DNA of 64,000 nucleotides, taken from the human T2T-CHM13v2.0 reference genome, Homo sapiens. Of the stretch, positions 51,224-64,000 are shown one piece after another (positions within the stretch are counted from its first letter, which is position 1; each line of letters begins with the position of its first letter). The notes under the pieces were generated by a model, which searched no databases, was not told the origin of the DNA, and saw only the letters and a program-made list of their open reading frames with translations. The DNA lies in assembly GCF_009914755.1 (NCBI RefSeq), contig NC_060947.1. One strand, 5' to 3'. Position numbers and translations under genes: made by a program.

Positions 51224-51930
51224 TAAACTTACGTGCAAGCTATTTACCCCACTTGTACTGTTAGACATTCCTTTCCCACCACTTTTTTTGCAATTATATG
51301 TAATGCTGTGATAATCGTGCCCTTACGTAAATATTTGAGTACCTCTTACTAATTTTCCATTGGATAAATTCTTAGAAGTGGTATTTCTAGAACAAGGGGA
51401 CTGTATATTTTTTAAAACTTTTAATGGACTTTCCTAAATTGTCCTCTAGAAATATTCCATTTTGCTTCCATTTGTTCTAAATGTTAAAAGGGGGCTGCTT
51501 GTTTCTCCACATCTTTGCACATTTTATAGATAAAACTGGTATCTCATTTGTTCTAATTTATTTGACCACTAGTGAAGTTTATCATCTTTACTTATGTCTA
51601 TCCATCATTCAGATCTTTTATGAATTTCTTATGTGCATTATTTCTAAATTTTCTATTGGTGTGCTTTTTATTATTGATTTTTGAAAGTCTTTATATAGTA
51701 AAGATATATTGCTATTTGTCCTTTATGTTGCATTTTTCTGTTATTATCCTTTATTTTTTATTCATGGCATTTTAATACACATTTTGATGTAGTCAAATCT
51801 ATAACTTTTCATTACGGTTGCTTTTTTACTTTTGTTCTTAGAATAAAGGATTCCCCTTCCCCCTGATCAGATAGTCACCCATAGTTTCTTTTTGAAAAAT
51901 CTTTTTATTGGAAAATTTTTACCTCCTACT

Positions 51931-52274
<344 letters not shown>

Positions 52275-53233
52275 TGACAAATATTGTGAGAGAGGGGTCT
52301 AAGTTTTTTTTGTTTTCAAATTTTGTGCCACTTAGTCCAGTGTTTATTGAATAACTTATCCATTCCCCTGCCATACTAAAATGGCATGTATATTGTATAT
52401 TGAACTCTCATGTAAATCTGTATCTCTTTCTGGACTTGTTATTCTCTTGCTGTGAGCTATCCTGGCACCAGTATTTTTTTATTATACATATTATAAAGTT
52501 ACAATAATATCTGATTGTGCATGTTCTTCCTGAATAATCATACTTTAAAAATTTTAGCTACTCTGTCCTGTTTATTGCCCATATGACCTTTAGAATTATT
52601 TTGTCGACTCCCAAAGTAAAATCTATTGTGCTTTTGATTGGAATTATGGTACATTTATGGAATAAAAAGAGCAAGGAAGTGATATGTTTATGTTTGGTCT
52701 TCACTTATCTGAATTAAAAAAAATGCATGTACTCAGAACTCAATGTCGAAAGTGCCCTTTCTGTTTTCTGTAGACTGGGACAGAGAGCTTGAGTGTGGAA
52801 CCTGCATCTTTACATTGAGGATCAATTTGTTCATCATCTGACCTGATTGGACAATTTGACAACTGCAAACACAGGAAAGAGAAAGCAGTACAAAAAGACT
52901 GGAAAGGCCCTTTCAACATTTAGCCCCCAGTGTTCTTCACATGTTCACAGTTGCACATATCCTCCTAGGTTACTTTGAACTTTTATCTTGGCAAAAGCAC
53001 TCTGCTTGAATTTTATTACTCTTAGGGAAGAACCCGGAGTCTCCCAAGTGAACAGCAATATGTCAACACTTCACTAATCAGAAGAGACCTTAGAACTGAA
53101 AAGAGCCAAGGAAGGGCTGGGATTTCAAGCAGAGACCTAATTTTAAAGCACAAAATGTAGCCAGAAAACTCTATGTAATGAGATTCTCTAACTTGGTTGT
53201 TAGCATTCCCAGACATACCCACGCAGTGTCAGA

Positions 53234-53286
53234 CATACACACACACGTGCACACACACACACACATGCGTGCACACTCACACACGC
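53234..53286. repeat. Imperfect (CA)n microsatellite
   Basis: Direct reading. Confidence 0.85.
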
Positions 53287-53804
53287 AAACTTGTGGCTTG
53301 ATTTGTTGAAGTGGGAACAATTTCATTGCTATGAAGAAAAAAAGTAACTTGCATTACTATATCACTTCATCTTATTTGAAAATTGGAGGCATTAAAAAAT
53401 TTCCTTTTTCGGTTAGGGAAATACAAAGATTATTGGGTTTGATAGCCTTTGGAGATAACTTGAAAATGGGAAAAGCCGAATTCTGAAGCAAATAATCACC
53501 AGTGGTGGAGGAAATATTAGTGATTACTTCAAAGAACAGACTTCCATTGGCCAGGTGGATTTGGATATATTTTGGGGGACAGTAACATTCATTATTAGAC
53601 TCTATATAGTAATAACCTGGTGAGACAGGATTAATTTGTAAGGTAGTAATTATAATGAGTTCCACTGTATGCAAATAAGTATCAGGATTCTTATTTGATC
53701 TCTGTCATATCAGGGTATAAGTGTCAACAAGGTAGAGTTGGTTATAAGAGTGGACGGGAAGACATGACTTCTCGAATGGTGGAGTGAGTACCTCCATAAG
53801 TCTG

Positions 53805-54440
53805 GATGAACCGTGAATACACTATGCTACATGAAAGAGCCCATCACAAAAGACTAGATATTGTATGACTGCATTTATATGCAGTATCCAGGATGAGGAA
53901 ATCTACAGAGACAGAAAGTAGATACTAATTACCTCGGATTTGTTGTAATAATTAAATGGTTGCCTAGGTTTAGGGCAGGGCATGATGAGGTTGAGAAGTG
54001 ACGGTCTACGTGTAGGATTTCCATTTTGGGGGAACGAAAATATTTTAAACTTAGATTGGGCAAATGGTTTCATGTCTTTGTAAATATAGTGAAAGCTACT
54101 GGCTGGGCGCAGTGCACACACCTGTAATTACAGCACTTTGGGAATCTGATGAGGGAGGATTGCTTGAGGACAGGAGTTGAGACCAGCCTGGGCAACATCA
54201 TGAGACCCCTGTCTCTACAAATAATTGAAAACAATTAACCAGGTGTGGTGGCTTACACTTGTAGTTCCAGCCACTTGGGAGGCTGAGGAGGTGGAGGCTA
54301 CTGTGAAGTGTGATCAAGCCACCGTACTCCAGCCTGGGTGACAGAGTGAGATCCAGTCTCAAAAATAATCAAACAAACTACTGAATTATATACTTCAAAT
54401 GAATTTTATGATATGTGAATTAAATCTCAATAACTTTTTT
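53805..54440 (+). mobile_element. L1M 3' end fragment containing an AluJ (54101-54378)
   Basis: TATTGTATGACTGCATTTATATG...AAATCTACAGAGACAGAAAGTAGAT...TGAATTAAATCTCAATAA; Alu TSD AA(G/A)CTACTG. Confidence 0.8.
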
Positions 54441-55031
54441 TTTTTGAAGAGGGTGCAGAATAAGAATTTAGCAGAATGGGAATGATTGGGCTGATACCAT
54501 CAGTCTTGAGCAAGTACCCAAGTCTTCTGGGCCTTGGTTTCTTCATTTATAAAAATAAGAGTAATAACATCAACATCAGACAGTTATTCTGATAATTAAA
54601 TGAGGTAATTTTAAAGAATTTAACTTAGTAATTGACACATAGTAGCTTTATAGGCCATCAAAAAAGAGGTCAAATTCTGAGTGGCCAGTTGCTAAGGTGG
54701 AGAAAAAGAAAGCACAATAGAGCCAAGTGGGCAATTCTGAGAAGTCAGAGAGGCAGCAGAAACAAAAGTGTAGGGTTGGTGCCTACCAGTCCTTAGGGTA
54801 TGTGCCCTTGTGCTCTGCTTTTTTGTCTTCTGGGTTGTGCAGCCTTGTGTGAGTTTGGGAAAGACGTTGGGTAGTGATTTCAATTAGATGGAGACAAGGG
54901 CCTGCAAGTAAGTCTGCCCTTAGGTGGTAACGCACAAAAGTTCTTACTTTTGGTGGCTTCCACCAAAGTCATGCTTTTTCTAGCTAATTGAATCATCAAA
55001 TAGAAAAATACAGTACTTGCCATGTTGCCTC

Positions 55032-55627
55032 TGTTACAGGATCAACAGATTTGTATGCCTGCTGTGCAGTAACAGATGACTACAATGAGACAGTAGTGTT
55101 TGCAGCAGAGAAAGAGTATAATGACTGCAGGGCAGCCGAGTGAGGAGATGAGAGGAGATCCTCAAATCCATCTCCCCGAGGAGTGCTGGGTTGGGGTTTT
55201 TAAGCGGATTGTGGAGGGCAAAGGGGTGGAAAATTGGGTTCATAGATTGGTCAGGGTAAGGGGGATGAAGTCACCAGGATGTGGAAGCTGCATTCTTTGG
55301 TGAGTTGGCTTCTCGTGGAGTCCTTCAGACCAGCTGACCTCAGTAGTTTCACTAGTACTCAGGACCTGAAAGAATATATCAAATGGAAAACTTAACATTT
55401 CAGAATGTTCTAGTTGTTATCTATAGAGCAGTTAAAGTAAACGATAATCTTCTGACAGAGTCTACATGATTTCCGGGGCAATAGGCAGCTGAAAAATTAT
55501 GAGGATGAGGGTCAGAGAGCCAGCTGACCTAATGATTAATTCCGAATGTGCTGTAAGCTTGGTTTATTTTTGTTTCTCTCCTCCCTTGTTCCCTATTAAC
55601 TCCATAAAGTTTATAGGGACCATTTCA
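55032..55627 (-). mobile_element. ERV1 solo LTR (LTR26-like, MER4 group)
   Basis: TG...CA termini with perfect 4-bp TSD CCTC (55028-55031, 55628-55631); minus strand starts TGAAATGGTCCCTATAAACTTTAT. Confidence 0.85.
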
Positions 55628-57149
55628 CCTCCCTATGCATTGCTACCAACTTAAGCAGCTCTGCATTTTCATGAAATGAAGCAAAAAATTATGATTTCTG
55701 AGTGGCGAGCTGGCTTGGGACCATGTTTTTCTCATGTGTGCTGGTGAGGAAATCAATCTTCATCTATCAGTCATCCATTTGCCTCTCCTAGAAACAAACT
55801 GTGGGCCATCTTCCCTATTCTTGGAATTATCTGGTCTGTCCACTTGGCTTTCCAATAACAACTGCTTGCTTGGTCAGCTTCTGCTAGGTGGTCTGGGGGA
55901 ACTGGGCCACTGTTGAACACTTGTCCTTGAGCACTTGTCTGAAGCCAACGTAGCTCTTTCCCATTTGCCAACTAACTTAATGAGGTTCCTCAGGATGGCT
56001 CCAGTGAGGTTTCAGAAAAGTGAGAAGGAATATTGAAACCAATTAAACTTCAGTCTTGGAAGAAGAAGCCTAACTGGTGGATCCAGTGTTACTGCCAGAG
56101 ACAGCAGTAGCTCAGGACCTTGGCCCTGAAGGATCATAATGCGGCTGGTGGGGAAATGGGAGGCAGGTGGGGTCCTGGAGCTGTGCAAGTTGGAGGCAAG
56201 AGGACTGCTAGTCAGAAAAGTTTTGTAAATCACTTTCATCTTGCCCACACTGGTGTTTATAGAAAAGTTGACATCTAGGTAACTGAAGTTATTCTTTGTG
56301 GAATCTGTGCTGCCATGCTTCATCTTAGTTGAGATAAAATGAGTCAGGATTTTGTGATTCTTTAGAACCTACAGACATGCTAATCATTTTTACAGGATTG
56401 CCAAAATATGCCAGTTTTCTTGACTGATTGGTAAGTACTGTTCCTGAGATGCAGTATGATAGTTTTGCAATTTTATGTGGCAGTTTGATGATAAAATCTT
56501 GGCTGCTAGGTCACAAGACGGCTTACAATGTCTTGGAGGCATTCCTCCAGTGAACTGCATTGAAGCAGGGAATGCTTTGGAGTTCTATGAGGGGAAATCA
56601 ATCTTTGAGAAGAGCAGGGAGGTGCTGTGCCTGGCTCTAAAGCAAATTTGGTAAGACATTAACAGTAGGGAAGAGAGGAAAGGCATTCTGGAAGTTTGTG
56701 TCAAATAACAGCCTAGGGATTGAGTTTGCTTGTAGTGGAAGATGAGTATCACACTTAAAATGCTGCTGGGAATATTTCAGTTGAGGTAACACACTTTGGT
56801 AATGGATTCCTTTAAGCAGCTGAATGCCTTGGAGGAAGTGAATAGTTATTCTCCTCCTCTCACGTCAAGGAGACCAGGTGGCTAAGTAGAAGAAGAAATA
56901 GTAACAAGTACCCCTAGATCCCTGACCTAGCTTCACTAGAGATTTCCTATTTTCATTGGTCCTTAACTATTTAATGATTCATTTATAACACGTCTTGTGT
57001 GTTGAATGGGGCATTAGGATCCTCTATTAACATTATTTACAGAAATGTGAAATCTGAGCAGAAAGAGTTTCGGTCAAATGCCTTGCTTACAGTGAATGCT
57101 ACTGCTGGTGTTTCAGAAGGAGAAAGTGAAATAGTAACAAAACTCACGT

Positions 57150-57325
57150 AGCCCTATACAACCCTATGAGGTATCATTATTATCTTCACTATACAGACAA
57201 GGAAACCACTACTTAGGGAAATTAATAACTTGCCCAAATGTATACATCATCTAAGGGGTGGAGTCAGAACTGGAACCCAGGTCAGTCAGATTCCAGAGTC
57301 TGCATCCCTAACCACAACACTCTGC
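57150..57325 (-). mobile_element. MIR SINE
   Basis: ACAACCCTATGAGGTA...ACAGACAAGGAAAC...AATAACTTGCCCAA. Confidence 0.75.
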
Positions 57326-57976
57326 TGCATCTTTGCATGGGGAAGTGACTTTCCCCAAAGCAAATAGCACTTACCAGTTTTATCATATGAAATACAGTTT
57401 GCTTCTATGAACTTAGGAAAGAGCCCATTTTCAATCACTCATACCTTTCTGGCTAACTGAGACTATTCATGGATGTTTGTTCCATTCCTCGTTCACAAGG
57501 TGAAGGTTGCAGGGTTACCAACAGCAAAAGAGGGCAACCTTCAATTGCTAATGTTTTCAAGCCTCACAATTGCTATGGTCACATTGGCTGGAACAAGTAA
57601 AATGGCTGAGCCCAGACTTAAAGGGTAGAATAACAGTTTACCTTTTGGTGGTGGGGTGGCAGAGTTGCAAAGGGGTGGTATACATGTAGAGATCGGTGGA
57701 CAAATTGAGGGCCAATCACTAAAACAATCTACCACACCTGCCTATTTCATGTCTCACTTAGAGCTTGTTCTTTTTTTTTTATACTTTAAGTTCTAGGGTA
57801 CATGTGCACAACATGCAGGTTTGTTACATATGTATACATGTGTCATGTTGGCGTGCTGCACCCATTAACTTGTCATTTACATTAGGTATGTCTCCTAATG
57901 CTATCACTCCCCCCTCACCCCACAACAGGCCTTGGTGTGTGATGTTCCCCTTCCTGTGTCCAAGTGTTCTCATTGT

Positions 57977-61806
<3,830 letters not shown>

Positions 61807-61869
61807 TATGATGTTAGCTGGTTATTTTGCTCGTTAGTTGATGCAGTTTCTTCCTAGCCTCGATGGTCT

Positions 61870-62886
61870 TTACAATTTGGCATGTTTTTGCAGTGGCTGG
61901 TACCAGTTGTTCCTTTCCATGTTAGTGCTTCCTTCAGGAGCTCTTGTAAGGCAGGCCTGGTGGTGACAAAATCTCTCAGCATTTGCTTGTCTGTAAAGGC
62001 TTTTATTTCTCCTTCACTTATGAAGCTTAGTTTGGCTGGATATGAAATTCTGTGCTGAAAATTCTTTTCTTTTAAGAATGTTGAATATTGGCCCCCACTC
62101 TCTTCTGGCTTGTAGAGTTTCTGCCGAGAGATCAGCTGTTAGTCTGATGGGCCTCCCTTTGTGGGTAACCCGACCTTTCTCTCTGGCTGTCCTTAACATT
62201 TTTTTCCTTCATTTCAACTTTGGTGAATCTGACAATTATGTGTCTTGGAGTTGCTCTTCTCAAGGAGTATCTTTGTGGTGTTCTCTGTATTTCCTGAATT
62301 TGAATGTTGGCCTGCCTTGCTAGATTGGGGAAGTTCTCCTGGGTAATATCTTGCAGAGTGTTTTCCAACTTGGTTCCACTCTCCCTGTCACTCTCAGGTA
62401 CACCAATTAGACATAGATTTGGTCTTTTCACATAGTCCCATATTTCTTGGAGGCTTCGTTTGTTTCTTTTTACTCTTCTTTCTCTAAACTTCTCTTCTCG
62501 CTTCATTTCATTCATTTGATCTTCCATCACTGATAACCTTTCTTCCAGTTGATCGAATTGGCTACTGAAGCTTGTGCATGCGTCACGTAGTTCTCATGCC
62601 ACGGTTTCCGCTCCATCAGTTCATTTAAGAACTTTTCTACACTGGTTATTCTAGTTAGCCATTCATCTAATCTTTTTTCAAGGTTTTTAGCTTCTTTGTG
62701 ATGGGTTGGAACATTTTCCTTTAGCTTGGAGAAGTTTGATTGTCTGAAGCCTTCTTCTCTCCACTCATCAAAGTCGTCCTCCGTCCAGCTTTGTTCTGTT
62801 GCTGGCGAGGAGCTGCGTCCCTTTGGAGGAGAAGAGGCGCTCTGATTTTTAGAATTTTCAGCTTTTCTGCTCTGGTTTCTCCCCAC
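61870..62886 (-). pseudogene. L1 ORF1 (RNA-binding protein), disrupted
   Basis: Start codon mutated to GTG at 62886; fragments GRNQSRKAENSKNQS, WDYVKRPNL, TPRHIIVRF and ARREWGPIF lie in different frames. Confidence 0.93.
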
Positions 62887-63910
62887 GTTTTTGGTTTTAT
62901 CTACCTTTGGTCTTTGATGATGGTGATGTACAGATGGGGTTTTGGTGTGGATGTCCTTTCTGTTTGTTAGTTTTCCTTCTAACAGTCAGGACCCTTAGCT
63001 GCAAGTCTGTTGGAGTTTGCTGGAGGTCCACTCCACACCCTGTTTGCCTGGGTATCACCAGTGGAGGCTGCAGAACAGCAAATATTGCAGAACAGCAAAT
63101 GTTGCTGCCTGATCATTCCTCTGGAAGCTTTGTCTCAGAGGGGCACCTGGCCGTGTGAGGTGTCCGTCTGTCCCTCCTGGGAGGTGCCTCCCTTTTTGGC
63201 TACTCGGGGGTCAGGGATCCACTTGAGGAGGCAGTCTGTCCGTTCTCAGATCTCAAACTCTGTGCTGGGAGAATCACTACTCTCTTCAAAGCTGCCAGAC
63301 AGGGACATTTAAGTCTGCAGAAGTTTCTGCTGCCTTTTGTTCAGCTATGCCCTGCCCCGAGAGGTGGAGTCTACAGAGGCAGGCAGGCCTCCTTGAGCTG
63401 CAGTAGGCTCCTCCCAGTTCGAGCTTCCCGGCTGCTGGCTGCTTTGTTTACCTATTCAAGCCTCAGCAATGGCGGGCACCCCTCCCCCAGCCTCGCTGCC
63501 ACCTTGCAGTTTGATCTCAGACTGCTGTGCTAGCAATGAGTGAGGCTCCATGGGTGTGGGACCCTCTGAGCCAGGCACGGGATATAGTCTCCTGGTGTGC
63601 CGTTTGCTAAGACCATTGGAAAAGCGCAGTTATTAGTGTGGGAGTGACCTGATTTTCCAGGTGCAGTCTGTCACAGCTTCCCTTGGCTAGCAAAGGGAAT
63701 TCCCTGACCCCTTGCAATTCTCAGGTGAGGCGATGCCTCGCCCTGCTTCAACTCTCGCTTGGTGGGCTGCACCCACTGTCCTGCACTCACTGTCCAACAC
63801 TCCCCAGTGAGATGAACCCTGTACCTCAGATGGAAATGCAGAAATCACCCGTCTTCTGCATCGCTCATGCTGGGAGCTGTAGACTGGAGCTGTTCCTATT
63901 CGGCCATCTT
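62887..63910 (-). promoter_or_regulatory. L1 5'UTR (internal sense promoter, antisense promoter region, YY1 site at 63901-63910)
   Basis: Minus strand begins AAGATGGCCGAATAGGAACAGCTCC; most CpGs have decayed to TpG/CpA. Confidence 0.85.
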
Positions 63911-64000
63911 AGAGCTTGTTCTTTAGCCATATAGAATTCTTTTTTATTCCCTGGAAACCTCAGGCTGTTTCTTGTTTCTGTGCCTTTGCTTGTGCCATTC

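Overview
Primate (almost certainly human) non-coding genomic DNA, intronic or intergenic. More than half is interspersed repeat: about 30 Alu elements or fragments, many MIR/L2 relics, old L1M pieces, MaLR and ERV1 solo LTRs, hAT and Tigger DNA-transposon fossils, and one near full-length but inactivated L1PA4/5-type LINE-1 on the minus strand (about 57774-63910, 17-bp TSD). I found no host-gene coding exon, rRNA, tRNA or CRISPR array. The ORF track is explained by Alu, L1 and low-complexity sequence or by chance, and I cannot name the locus. I do not see a new biological system here. The best signals are small-scale genome-dynamics scars and regulatory candidates: (1) a ~130-bp inverted duplication at 45016-45899 with no repeat family I recognise; (2) a 26-nt opposite-strand L1 patch inside L1 ORF2 at 58278-58303; (3) a 45-bp orphan insertion with a full TPRT signature at 37605-37677; (4) an 80-bp near-perfect tandem duplication at 34869-35028; (5) an ERV1 LTR inserted into an Alu and carrying octamer, RFX and CTCF motifs. 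Repeat subfamily names come from my memory of consensus sequences and need RepeatMasker/Dfam confirmation. Boundaries of old repeats are approximate.
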